From the NCBI GenBank assembly GCA_017502135.1, contig JAFVVP010000005.1:180811-244810 (forward strand): DNA of 64,000 bases, given 5' to 3'. Origin of the DNA: Clostridia bacterium (GTDB lineage Bacteria; Bacillota; Clostridia; Oscillospirales; CAG-272). Under the pieces are notes generated by a model that worked only from the letters and a program-made list of their open reading frames with translations, had not been told where the DNA came from and did not search any database. This document shows, piece after piece, positions 37,901-46,607 of this stretch. Each line of letters begins with the position of its first letter. Position 1 is the stretch's first letter. A program made the translations under genes and the position numbers.

Positions 37901-38562
37901 AGGATCGCCTGCGTTTCCGCATCCGCACGGCGTAAGTAATGTACGTCATTCGTAGCAACGAGGCCGATGCCGGTCTTTTTCGCTATTTCAAGAATCGCAC
38001 GGTTCACCGTTTTCTGCTCGTCGATTCCGTGATCCTGCACCTCGAGATAAAAGCGGTCTTTTCCAAACAAATTCTGCATGCGGCGCGCGTAATTTTCCGC
38101 TTCTTCGTATTCACCCGCGGAAATCATGCGCGGAATATAACCCGCAAGGCACGCAGAGAGCGCAATGAGTCCCTCATGGTGTTCTTCCAGGAGTTCCATA
38201 TCTATGCGGGGCTTTGAGTAAAATCCCTCCGTATACGCCTTCGATACCATGGAAATAAGGTTTCTATACCCGATCTCATTCTCAACGAGAAGAACGAGAT
38301 GATAACTGGAGGAATCCTGATCGTGTGTCTTATCAAATCTGCTGCGGCGTGCCACGTACACTTCACAGCCGATGATCGGCTTTATGCCCTCTTTCATGCA
38401 CGCTTTATAAAAAGCAACTATGCCGTACATAGCACCGTGATCGGTGAGGGCAACGGCAGTGTGTCCCATTTCTTTTGCGATTTTCGGAATGTCCGCTATG
38501 CGGCATGCGCCGTCCAGCAAACTGTATTCACTGTGCAGATGCAAATGTACGAACTCTTCCAT
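34999..38562 (-). CDS. dnaE: DNA polymerase III alpha subunit DnaE
   Basis: 1187 aa with an N-terminal PHP domain (FVHLHLHSEYSLLDG), a polymerase core (..PDFDIDF..) and an OB-fold region. Confidence 0.95.
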   Translation of the reverse strand: MEEFVHLHLHSEYSLLDGACRIADIPKIAKEMGHTAVALTDHGAMYGIVAFYKACMKEGIKPIIGCEVYVARRSRFDKTHDQDSSSYHLVLLVENEIGYRNLISMVSKAYTEGFYSKPRIDMELLEEHHEGLIALSACLAGYIPRMISAGEYEEAENYARRMQNLFGKDRFYLEVQDHGIDEQKTVNRAILEIAKKTGIGLVATNDVHYLRRADAETQAILMCIQTNNVITDGRPIGFETDEFYYKNTWEMEKLFGEYPGAIQNTAKIADMCDFHFTFGHTELPRFHTENGMAPGEYLKNLSEKSFEEKTTAGHIVFTDKNTEESYRERMEYELSVIEKMGYSEYYLIVWDFVSHSKAEGIPVGPGRGSGAGSLIAYLIGITDVDPLRFDLLFERFLNPERVSMPDFDIDFCYDRRDEAIDYVREKYGEDHTAQIITFGTMAARAVIRDVGRALGMSYSEVDEVARQIPHALGITLKDALKLQTLKTMYDESAEIRRLVDTAMALEGMPRHASTHAAGVVITERPVADYVPLAVNNGIVVTQFDMNTVAELGLLKFDFLALRYLTIIAEAESQIRERHKDFDISKIPVDDKKTFDLIASGKTDGVFQLESGGMRQTLIQMKPSRIDDIIAAIALYRPGPMDSIPKYIENSRDRTRIRYATPLLAPILDVTNGCIVYQEQVMQIFRVVAGYTLGRADVVRRAISKKKLDVLENERTAFLAGASEHGVPENSARELFEEIVGFANYAFNKSHAAAYGILSYRTAYLKAHYPREYESALLTSVLGSSDKMAEYIAECSRIGIRILPPHVNESARDFHVDGKNIRFGLLALKNLGKQFVDTLITERNRGGKFISFDDFITRMSGLSMNKRQLEMLIKSGALDGLGAKRSQMLTVYESVLESRASAGRMSLDGQIDLFSAAASDNRPHTIPAITLPDIPEYSGRDLLRLEKESSGLYFSGHILDEYEKHLAAIRPDLISNIKASFETEEEASSDEGANGGTRKEYADKQRVHIAGMITKRQNKATRSGEQMAFLTLEDRTGEVEVIVFPKALSAFSGYLTLNTSIAVKGSISVREEEDPKILMQSAELLLENGVYEQTAQTAKSLKTDEKEGSKDIPGKASSKLYLKVDSMDSPVSRRVQSFLMIFTGSVPVVFYDASQGKYLTSKTYKTTPTPFVMKELVEFLGEDAVVLR

Positions 38563-38599
38563 AGCGGTCTCCTTTCATTTTTTGAAAACAGGCTGAATT

Positions 38600-39343
38600 T
38601 TACGAATTCATACCGGTTAATTTGGCGTAATCCATGATTTTCGAAAGGCGGTGGCTGACACCGGATTTCGTGATAGGCGGCTCGTGTGCATCGCCCAGTT
38701 CTTTCATAGACATTTGCTTATGCTGTACTCTAAGCTCAGCAGTTACACGAAGCGACTGCGGAAGCTTGTGAATCGCACCCGAGGCAATAAGCGACTCTAT
38801 GACCGCGATCTGTTCTTCCGCTGCGCGGAGCGATTTGCCGATATTCGCGGTATCGCAGTTCACCTGCCGATTAATATTGTTGCGGAATTCCCGCTCAATA
38901 CGAGTATTCATAAAATCAAACGCCGCCGTGTTTGCACCGATATAAGCGAGGAAATCTGCAATTGCCTCGCCATCCTTTAAATAGAAAATATACTGTTTTT
39001 TTCGCTTCGTGTGGCCACCTGAGATTCCCTGCTCCAAAAGAAGAGTCTCTAGTGCCGCACACTCCGCATCCGTTTCAAACGCAAACTCCAAATGATTGCG
39101 CTTATTGGGATCTGTTACCGAGCCGTAGAGAAGAAAAATTCTTGCAATAAAATGCGGCAGGCATGCGGGGCATTTGCACCGCTCAGCAGCGGAAAGCATT
39201 GCGGCAGGGCGTTCATCTGCAGGCATAGTACCGAGCAAATCCGCATCTTTTACGGAGTATGCACAGCATTTTTTTTTAACGGGAAGCGATGTCAAAAATT
39301 CTCTCAAAGTTTCCGCGTAAGATTTTGGGGTTGTATTATCCAT
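38600..39343 (-). CDS. whiA: WhiA-family DNA-binding protein, short form (247 aa)
   Basis: Region ..RNHLEFAF...YIFYLKDGEAIADFLAYIGANTAAFDFMNTRIEREFRNNINRQVNCDTANIGKS.. and the C-terminal HTH (ITKSGVSHRLSKI) align with B. subtilis WhiA. The N-terminal LAGLIDADG-like domain is mostly missing. Confidence 0.8.
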   Translation of the reverse strand: MDNTTPKSYAETLREFLTSLPVKKKCCAYSVKDADLLGTMPADERPAAMLSAAERCKCPACLPHFIARIFLLYGSVTDPNKRNHLEFAFETDAECAALETLLLEQGISGGHTKRKKQYIFYLKDGEAIADFLAYIGANTAAFDFMNTRIEREFRNNINRQVNCDTANIGKSLRAAEEQIAVIESLIASGAIHKLPQSLRVTAELRVQHKQMSMKELGDAHEPPITKSGVSHRLSKIMDYAKLTGMNS

Positions 39344-39364
39344 AACTGATTACACTTCCGGTGT

Positions 39365-40282
39365 TTATTCCGGAATATAAATAACTTCCGGTTCAATTTC
39401 AATTTTATGAAGACGGTAAATCTCTTTTTGTATCTTATCAATCAAAGAGAGGACGTCTCCGGCTGTTGCACCGCCGCGATTGATGATAAATCCGGCATGT
39501 TTCTCTGAGACCTGTGCGCCGCCGACCGTACATCCTTTCAGTCCCGCCTCGTCAATCATCTTTGCCGTATAGCGGCCGGGATAGCGTTTGAACGTACTAC
39601 CCGCGCTTGGATATTCAAGCGGTTGCTTTTCGATGCGGCGGCGCATCAGCTCTTCCATTTCACGCCGTATCGCATTTTCATCTCCGGGCAAAAGCGCAAA
39701 CCTTGCCGAAAGAATGATCCATTCGGGATGCGTTCTGTATATGCTGTTTCTATAATCAAAACGATGCCCATCGCCCGAAAGCGAGATCACTTCCCCGCTT
39801 TCTCTGTCATAATAGGTGCTTTCTGTAAGAACCTCTGAAATTTCACCGTCATATGCGCCGGCATTCATGAACACAGCGCCACCTACACTGCCGGGAATTC
39901 CATTAGAAAACTGAAGACCTGTGAGCGCATGATCACACGCCGTTTTTGCCAGAGCGGTCAGAGTTGCACCCGCTTCGGCAGTGATAACGTTTTCTAAAAC
40001 GGTGATTTGCTTCATAGAGGAGGTTGAAACGATCACACCGTGAAATCCGGCATCAGCGATGAGAATGTTACTGCCGCGCCCAATCACTTGCGTTTTTACA
40101 TTATGCTTTTTTGTAAGCCTAAGGACACGCCTCAAAGCATCGGCACTCTGCGGTTCAACGTAAAAATCGGCCGGCCCGCCTATATGGAACGTCGTATGAA
40201 GAGCCATTGGCTCATCGTATCGGATGCTGATATTTTGGAGCTGCTCCAAATCGTTTTGAAACAGTTTCGCATCAGTTGCCAT
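39365..40282 (-). CDS. murB: UDP-N-acetylenolpyruvoylglucosamine reductase MurB
   Basis: FAD-binding region (HTTFHIGGPADFYV, GRGSNIL) and C-terminal AGSTFK...SEKHAGFIIN. Confidence 0.95.
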   Translation of the reverse strand: MATDAKLFQNDLEQLQNISIRYDEPMALHTTFHIGGPADFYVEPQSADALRRVLRLTKKHNVKTQVIGRGSNILIADAGFHGVIVSTSSMKQITVLENVITAEAGATLTALAKTACDHALTGLQFSNGIPGSVGGAVFMNAGAYDGEISEVLTESTYYDRESGEVISLSGDGHRFDYRNSIYRTHPEWIILSARFALLPGDENAIRREMEELMRRRIEKQPLEYPSAGSTFKRYPGRYTAKMIDEAGLKGCTVGGAQVSEKHAGFIINRGGATAGDVLSLIDKIQKEIYRLHKIEIEPEVIYIPE

Positions 40283-40293
40283 AATAGCCTCCC

Positions 40294-41001
40294 TTATTTC
40301 TCCATGATTCTGACCATAAGTGACGGAAGATCCCGTATATCTTCTATCATATACGTTACGTCCCGTCCGCGTGTATCGTGATTTCCTTTATGATCGAGAA
40401 ACACGCAGTCGATACCGGCATTTATCGAACCGTCGATATCGGACGTGAGCGAATCGCCGACCACGAGATAATGCGCGGGATCATTGTCCCCGATTGCGTG
40501 CATTACGTGATCAAAAAAATTCCGGGCCGGTTTTTCCGAGCCAATTTTTTCGGAAATAAAAACGTCGCGGAAATATGGTTCAAGTCCCGAGCCATGAAAA
40601 CGCGACAGCTGCGCCTCATAACTGCCGTTTGTTATGATATAAAGCGGGAACTGTTGGCTAAGGATTTTGCAAACATCAATAGCGCCCTCTAAAAGACAGC
40701 GCTGTTGACTCAGTTGTTCAAAGTACATATGGCTGATCTTTTTGCACAGGACAGCGTCGTCTACCCCCATTTCATCAAGGAGCATTTCAAATCGCATATC
40801 TTTGAGGCGTGCTCGTGTAACCTCTTTACGCTCGAGCATCCGCCACAGTTCGTCATTGATTTCATGATAACGGGCATACACGTCTTCGTTCACAGAAAGC
40901 CCCAACGCGTAGAAGACGGCAAAAAATGCCGTTTTCTCCGCGAGGTTAAAATCAAAGAGTGTATTATCCGCATCCAAAAGCAAATGCTTGTACGGTCCCA
41001 T
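40294..41001 (-). CDS. HAD-superfamily hydrolase, YjjG-like nucleotidase
   Basis: HAD motif I LLDADNTLFDF, motif IITNG and motif VGDSLTSDI. Confidence 0.8.
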   Translation of the reverse strand: MGPYKHLLLDADNTLFDFNLAEKTAFFAVFYALGLSVNEDVYARYHEINDELWRMLERKEVTRARLKDMRFEMLLDEMGVDDAVLCKKISHMYFEQLSQQRCLLEGAIDVCKILSQQFPLYIITNGSYEAQLSRFHGSGLEPYFRDVFISEKIGSEKPARNFFDHVMHAIGDNDPAHYLVVGDSLTSDIDGSINAGIDCVFLDHKGNHDTRGRDVTYMIEDIRDLPSLMVRIMEK

Positions 41002-42242
41002 TATTTCAGCACAAAGCGGCGGTACGTCTTTTTGCCCTTTTTGAGAACAACGCCTTCACCTTTGAGCAATTCTGCCGTCAAGGCCGCATCAAAGCGTTCA
41101 ACCTTTTCGTCGCCTACAAGGATACCGCCCTGCTGAATGAGGCGTTTTGCCTCACCCTTTGAGGGAGCCATCTTGCCGATAACGAGAAGGTCTGCCACCT
41201 GAACTGCACCGTCTTTCAAGTCCGCCTCGGTCAGTTCCGTCGTCGGCATATCGGCAGATGCGCCGCCGCCAACAAAGAGGGCTTTTGCAGCGCTTTGTGC
41301 TTTTTCCGCTTCCTCTTCGCCGTGGACGAGTTTAGTCAACTCGTACGCAAGTATCTCCTTGGCTGTATTAAGCTGGCTTCCTTCCCATCCATCCATCGCA
41401 TCAATCTGCTCAAGCGGCAGGAACGTAAGCATACGGATACATTTGAGTACGTCCGCATCTGCCACGTTGCGCCAGTACTGATAGAAATCGTACGGCGAAG
41501 TTTTTTTCGGATCAAGCCACACAGCGTTTCCCGCGGTCTTGCCCATCTTCTTGCCCTGAGAGTCGGTAAGGAGTGTGATCGTCATAGCGTTTGCGTCTTT
41601 ACCGAGCTTACGACGAATGAGTTCCGTACCGCCAAGCATATTCGACCACTGATCGTCTCCGCCAAACTGAAGATTGCAATCATAATTCCGGAACAGGTAG
41701 TAGAAGTCGTACGACTGCATGATCATGTAGTTGAACTCAAGGAAAGAGAGACCTTTTTCCATACGCTGCTTGTAGCACTCGGCGCGAAGCATATTATTGA
41801 CCGAGAAGCACGCACCGACGTCACGGAGCATTTCCACGTAGTTCAGTTTCAAAAGCCAGTCTGCGTTGTTGATCATCTTGGCTTTTCCTTCACCGAAATC
41901 GATGAATTTTTCCATCTGACGCTTGAAGCACTCGGCATTGTGATCAATGTCTTCTTTTGTGAGCATCTTGCGCATATCGGTGCGGCCGGACGGGTCACCG
42001 ATCATGGTAGTGCCGCCGCCGATAAGAGCAATCGGTTTATTGCCTGCCATCTGCAGACGTTTCATAAGCGTGAGAGCCATAAAATGTCCGGCAGTTAGGC
42101 TGTCTGCGGTGCAGTCAAAGCCAATGTAAAACGTTGCTTTTCCGTTATTGATGAGATTTTTGATCTCTTCTTCGTTGGTCATCTGGGCAATGAGACCACG
42201 GGCTTTCAATTCGTCAAAAATAGTCATAGTTTCTTTCGGCAT
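41001..42242 (-). CDS. tyrS: tyrosine--tRNA ligase
   Basis: Class I HIGH-type motif (TAGHF) and KMSKS-type motif (KMGKT), with a C-terminal S4 domain. Confidence 0.95.
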   Translation of the reverse strand: MPKETMTIFDELKARGLIAQMTNEEEIKNLINNGKATFYIGFDCTADSLTAGHFMALTLMKRLQMAGNKPIALIGGGTTMIGDPSGRTDMRKMLTKEDIDHNAECFKRQMEKFIDFGEGKAKMINNADWLLKLNYVEMLRDVGACFSVNNMLRAECYKQRMEKGLSFLEFNYMIMQSYDFYYLFRNYDCNLQFGGDDQWSNMLGGTELIRRKLGKDANAMTITLLTDSQGKKMGKTAGNAVWLDPKKTSPYDFYQYWRNVADADVLKCIRMLTFLPLEQIDAMDGWEGSQLNTAKEILAYELTKLVHGEEEAEKAQSAAKALFVGGGASADMPTTELTEADLKDGAVQVADLLVIGKMAPSKGEAKRLIQQGGILVGDEKVERFDAALTAELLKGEGVVLKKGKKTYRRFVLK

Positions 42243-42262
42243 GCAGCCGACTCCTTTATATA

Positions 42263-43954
42263 TTATAATTTATTTTCAATCATTTCACGTGCGGCATCGC
42301 GCTGTGTATCCGTTACGGAAACACCACCGATGATTCTCGCAATTTCCGCTACGCGTCCGTCCGTATCGAGCACCTCAACGGAACTCTCCGCTCTGCCGTC
42401 AGAAACGGATTTTGTAATGCGAAGATGCGTATCCGCAAGAGAGGAGATCTGCGGGGAGTGCGTAACTGAGAGCACCTGCACCGTATCGGACAGTTCTTTC
42501 AGTTTCACACCGATTTTCTCGGACGTTCCGCCGGAGACACCGGCATCGATCTCATCAAATATCACCGTTGATGCACCGCGCTTTGTGTTAATTACACTCC
42601 GAAGCGCCAGCATCACGCGTGACATCTCACCGCCGGATGCAATTTTGGCAAGCGGCATCGGCGGTTCGCCGGGGTTCGTAGCGATCAAAAACGAAACCTC
42701 ATCCGAACCGCGCGGGCCGAACTGTTCCGCGCCGTCCACATCAAACATACGTCGAACGTTCACTACAAAACGAACCTTCGGCATATCAAGATAGGTAAGC
42801 GTTTCGCACACCTCACGGCTGATCTTCTCTGCGGCAGTACGACGTTTTTCGGATAAGCGACCGGCCACGTCGGCAAGCGCCAAACGAAGTTGACCGATCT
42901 CCGCTTCCATCTCTGCAATGCGGTCCTCACCGCTTGAGAATTCTGAAAGTTTGTCGGCAGCATTTTTGCGGAAAGCAAGAATTTCCTCGACCGTTTCGCC
43001 ATACTTCCGTTTCAAGCGTTCGATAAGGCTGAGCCTTGCTTCGATCGTGTTGAGTTGTGCCTCGGGGTTTGTAATATCACTGTCAGCGGTAAGTGCATAC
43101 GCGGTTTCACCGATGTCTGCGATCTCGTACCGATAACTCTCGAGTCGAGATGCTAAGTCTTCCGCTTCGGGCATTACGTCCGCTAACTGACGAAGTGCGG
43201 CAGCGGATTTTTGCAGAAGCACGGCGGCAGAGGCACCTTTTTCATTCTGCGCAAGTGCGTGATATACAAAGTCGGAATATTTTTGAATACGCTCAATGTT
43301 TTTGATCTTCGTGCGCAATACGCGTAGTTTTTCTTCTTCGCCCGAATCGGTAAGCTTCGCTCCGTCTATTTCTTTCACTTGGTACGAGAGAATGTCAGAG
43401 AGCATATTTTTCTGTCTAAGAGAATTTTTTAGTTCGTCAAGCAATACGTGCAGTTTTGTCCATTCAGCATACAGCTGCATGTACTCATTGAGCGATTCTT
43501 CCGTATCTGCGCACTCGTCCAGCATATCGAGGTGGAAGGATTTGTCGAGCAAATTCCGTGCCTCGCTCTGCGATTGGATGCTAACAAGTCCCGGACCAAT
43601 CTCACGAAGAACTGACAGAGGGACGGTACGCCGATTGATCTTCACCGTGGAGCGACCGTCAACCGTCAATACGCGCTGAATCTCAAACTCACCGTTTTCG
43701 TCCGCCTCAATATCCATCTCACCGAGAACGGGAATGTCGGGCAAATCGGAAAACACCGCGGAGACAAGAGCCCGTTGTTCGCCGGAGCGTATCATTTCAC
43801 GCTGTGATTTACCGCCCGCTACAAGTGAAAGAGAGTCAATAATTACCGATTTTCCCGATCCGGTCTCACCGGTAATAACCGTAAACCCCTCCGAAAACTC
43901 TATGTTGACGCGGCGCGCAACAGCGATGTTCTCAATATATAGTGAACGGATCAT
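42263..43954 (-). CDS. recN: DNA repair protein RecN
   Basis: ORF 42263..44098, with the start moved to MIRSLYIENIAV (ATG at 43954, 1 nt after the argR stop). Walker A GETGSGKS, a long coiled coil and the signature SGGE. Confidence 0.9.
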   Translation of the reverse strand: MIRSLYIENIAVARRVNIEFSEGFTVITGETGSGKSVIIDSLSLVAGGKSQREMIRSGEQRALVSAVFSDLPDIPVLGEMDIEADENGEFEIQRVLTVDGRSTVKINRRTVPLSVLREIGPGLVSIQSQSEARNLLDKSFHLDMLDECADTEESLNEYMQLYAEWTKLHVLLDELKNSLRQKNMLSDILSYQVKEIDGAKLTDSGEEEKLRVLRTKIKNIERIQKYSDFVYHALAQNEKGASAAVLLQKSAAALRQLADVMPEAEDLASRLESYRYEIADIGETAYALTADSDITNPEAQLNTIEARLSLIERLKRKYGETVEEILAFRKNAADKLSEFSSGEDRIAEMEAEIGQLRLALADVAGRLSEKRRTAAEKISREVCETLTYLDMPKVRFVVNVRRMFDVDGAEQFGPRGSDEVSFLIATNPGEPPMPLAKIASGGEMSRVMLALRSVINTKRGASTVIFDEIDAGVSGGTSEKIGVKLKELSDTVQVLSVTHSPQISSLADTHLRITKSVSDGRAESSVEVLDTDGRVAEIARIIGGVSVTDTQRDAAREMIENKL

Positions 43955-43955
43955 T

Positions 43956-44411
43956 TTACTGTTCGGCGGCAATCTTGCGCAGTCTTCTGCATATGCCGGA
44001 TGCGGCATCCGTGCTATGTGCAATAATGATGATCGTATCATCTCCTGCAACACAGCCAAGGATGTCGTCTTCATGCAGACCATCGATACCGGCAGCAATA
44101 GCGTTCGCCATACCCGGATAAGTCTTAATAACGATGTCGTTCATCGCGGATGCAACGCTTTTGATCGATCCGGCAAGAGCCTTCGTGTATATGTGCTGGC
44201 TGTCGTTCGGACTCATCTTCGGAAGAACGTATTTGTACTTTCCTGATTCACACAGAACCTTCGCCAGTTTTAACTCACGGATATCGCGGGATATCGTCGC
44301 CTGCGTAACGTCAAAGCCGTCTTCTCTAAGATGATCGATTAATTCTTCCTGCGTTTCGACGTCCTCGTTGGCAATAATCTCCATAATCTTGTTGTGCCGT
44401 TTTATTTTCAT
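43956..44411 (-). CDS. argR: arginine repressor ArgR/AhrC
   Basis: ORF 43956..44582, with the start moved to MKIKRHNKIMEIIANEDVETQEELIDHLREDGFDVTQATISRDIRELKL (ATG at 44411). C-terminal GTIAGDDT-type motif (GCVAGDDT). Confidence 0.9.
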   Translation of the reverse strand: MKIKRHNKIMEIIANEDVETQEELIDHLREDGFDVTQATISRDIRELKLAKVLCESGKYKYVLPKMSPNDSQHIYTKALAGSIKSVASAMNDIVIKTYPGMANAIAAGIDGLHEDDILGCVAGDDTIIIIAHSTDAASGICRRLRKIAAEQ

Positions 44412-44431
44412 GCTATCCTCCAAAGTGATGT

Positions 44432-44449
44432 ATTGGATTAATATTGATA
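44432..44449 (-). promoter_or_regulatory. candidate ARG box (ArgR operator) upstream of argR
   Basis: The minus strand reads TATCAATATTAATCCAAT against the consensus TNTGAATWWWWATTCANW, with 2 mismatches at specified positions. It lies 20 nt upstream of the argR ATG. Confidence 0.4.
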
Positions 44450-44464
44450 ATGGGAAGCCCGACA

Positions 44465-45334
44465 TCACGATAATTTGCGGCTGAGTGCATTGAGGGAGCC
44501 GCCTTTCTTTACCCGGATGAGCGGTATTCGGTACTGTGCGTGTGTAATGCGGATGATGTCGCCGTCCTGTATCTCGAGGCACTCACATCCGTCCTCGGAA
44601 AGATACATACAGTTTCCGCCACCCATGAGATTGCGAATCTCCAAAACAGATGCACCGCTGAACACCACGGGAAGATTGTTTATCGGCTGTGGACAAATAG
44701 GGGTCGCACAGATACAGTCCAGACGCGGATCTAAAATAGAACCGCCCGCTGCTCTCGAATACGCGGTGGAACCGGTCGGCGTTGCAAAAATCATGCCGTC
44801 CGCAAAACAGTGCTGTACCGGTTCGCCGTCACAGTACAGATCGAAGCGGAGAATCCGCGGTATGGGGCCGTTTGTTAAAACGGCATCGTTGAGTGCCGGT
44901 GCGGCAAAGGACAAAAGCGTATCTCTTCTCTGCACCTCTACGTTAAGCATCACACGCTCCTCAATGATGCCGGCACCCGACAGAACGAGATCTACCAGTT
45001 CTAACTCACCGATCTCGATTTCAGCTAAATATCCAAGCCTTCCGCAGTTGATACCTACGATCGGTGTACAAGTTCCCACGCTGCGGTGCGCCGCGCGGAT
45101 AATGGAACCGTCGCCGCCCAAAACAAAGATAACGTCTGCGCTTTTAAATGCGGCGGATTCATCCATAAAGGACACGTGCTCCACCGTCTCCGCAAGAAGC
45201 GGTCGGCATTCCTCAACAGAAAGAACCGAGCACCCTGCATCACACATACGAAGAACAAGATTTTTAAGCAATACCGGATCAATTTGCTTTGTCGTATTCG
45301 GCAAAAGCAAAACTTGTTTGAATACAGTACTCAC
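44465..45334 (-). CDS. nadK: NAD kinase
   Basis: GGDGS motif (VLGGDGSIIRAA) and NCGRLGYL. Confidence 0.9.
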   Translation of the reverse strand: MSTVFKQVLLLPNTTKQIDPVLLKNLVLRMCDAGCSVLSVEECRPLLAETVEHVSFMDESAAFKSADVIFVLGGDGSIIRAAHRSVGTCTPIVGINCGRLGYLAEIEIGELELVDLVLSGAGIIEERVMLNVEVQRRDTLLSFAAPALNDAVLTNGPIPRILRFDLYCDGEPVQHCFADGMIFATPTGSTAYSRAAGGSILDPRLDCICATPICPQPINNLPVVFSGASVLEIRNLMGGGNCMYLSEDGCECLEIQDGDIIRITHAQYRIPLIRVKKGGSLNALSRKLS

Positions 45335-46119
45335 TACTTCACCAACTCACATAGCTGTTTTTCAAAATCATCGGATAAGTACGCCGTTTCACTACGGCGG
45401 CAATATAAAAGATATTCTCGGTTTCCGTCACCGCCCGTAATCGGTGAAACGATCAGGGAAAGCGGTTGCAATCCGTTCTCAGCACAGCACTGAGCGACAC
45501 GACGTATCGCCCCCACGTGCATTTTTTTATCACGCACGATTCCTCTGTGATCAAGTGCCGCACGTCCGCATTCAAACTGCGGTTTTATGAGGGCTACGTA
45601 AATACCGCCAGGCGTAAGAACGGAGGCAATATTAGAGACTACGTACGTTTGGGAAATAAACGACAGGTCCGCGACCGCAATTTCGCAAAGAACGCCGAGT
45701 GTAACAGGCGAAAGAGTCCTTGCATTGAACTTCTCAAGATTCACAACACGTGCATCCTTCAAAAGCGAGGGATCGAGCTGCCCTGAACCGGAATCCACCG
45801 CATAAACCTTTGAAGCGCCGTTTCGAAGGAGGCAGTCGGTAAATCCGCCCGTGGAAGCACCGACGTCCACGGCTCTCAAACCGGTTACGTCTATTGCAAA
45901 AGCATCCAGTGCCGCCTCCAGCTTCACACCGCCGCGTCCGACGTACGGGTACGGCTCGCCGGTTACTTCAACGCATCCATCAAATTGATTATCGACGGGG
46001 AACGATACCTTCGTTACAGTTTTCCCATTCACAAGAACATAGCCGCCTTCAATAAGCTTCTGCGCGTGCGTTCGGCTTCTTGCAAGTCCCGAGGTGAATA
46101 AATAGGCATCCAATCTCAT
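45334..46119 (-). CDS. tlyA: TlyA-family rRNA 2'-O-methyltransferase
   Basis: S4 domain N-terminus (MRLDAYLFTSGLARSRTHAQKLI..G.V.VNG) and the FtsJ-like motif DVGASTGGFTD. Confidence 0.9.
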   Translation of the reverse strand: MRLDAYLFTSGLARSRTHAQKLIEGGYVLVNGKTVTKVSFPVDNQFDGCVEVTGEPYPYVGRGGVKLEAALDAFAIDVTGLRAVDVGASTGGFTDCLLRNGASKVYAVDSGSGQLDPSLLKDARVVNLEKFNARTLSPVTLGVLCEIAVADLSFISQTYVVSNIASVLTPGGIYVALIKPQFECGRAALDHRGIVRDKKMHVGAIRRVAQCCAENGLQPLSLIVSPITGGDGNREYLLYCRRSETAYLSDDFEKQLCELVK

Positions 46120-46130
46120 ATTTTAAACCT

Positions 46131-46583
46131 TTACAAAACGGGAACGAGAAACGGAATGATAATCCCAAGAATAGCCCCCATAACCACCTGAAGCGGAGTG
46201 TGACCGATCAGTTCTTTAAGGACCTCTTCCGTTCGCTCATGATCGCCCGAGGTAATATCCTCTAAAAGTTTATTCAGGATTTTGGCGTGCTCGCCCGTTT
46301 CCCGACGGACACCGGCAGCATCGTACATAACGATAGAAGCCAGAATGAACGTAACGGCAAACCACGGTGAACCGATTCCATATAAGCGACCTGCCGCAAT
46401 ACACAAAGCAGTAACAGTTGAAGAGTGCGAGGACGGCATGCCGCCCGACGCAAACATGAGCGAAAGATCAATTCGTTTTTCTCGGACGAGCACAATGATA
46501 ATTTTCAAAATCTGTGCGGTGAAATATGCGATCACCCCACACAGAAGCATATAATTCGAAACAAATTCGGAAAGAAAAGTCAT
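46131..46583 (-). CDS. divergent PAP2-family membrane protein (DUF212)
   Basis: 150 aa with about 4 TM helices and a GGMPSSHSS motif. Confidence 0.8.
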   Translation of the reverse strand: MTFLSEFVSNYMLLCGVIAYFTAQILKIIIVLVREKRIDLSLMFASGGMPSSHSSTVTALCIAAGRLYGIGSPWFAVTFILASIVMYDAAGVRRETGEHAKILNKLLEDITSGDHERTEEVLKELIGHTPLQVVMGAILGIIIPFLVPVL

Positions 46584-46607
46584 ACGGTTAACTCTTTCGA
46601 TACGGTA

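Noticed and set aside
44475-45440. Very long ORFs antisense to well-supported genes. Examples are 44475..45440 (321 aa, opposite nadK), 31853..32917 (354 aa, opposite PBP1A), 50921..51844 (307 aa, opposite the M23 peptidase), 47947..48846 (opposite xseA), 26038..26901 (opposite ybaB/dnaX), 20954..21628 (opposite ruvA), 41295..42098 (opposite tyrS) and 7351..8070.
   Set aside because: Their translations are low-complexity (Ser/Arg/Pro/Thr-rich) with no recognisable motifs, SD sequences or promoters. Each fully overlaps a gene with unmistakable homology. The codon usage of the sense genes, which rarely use TTA/CTA/TCA-type codons, is enough to keep antisense frames open. I treat them as shadow ORFs, not overprinted genes.
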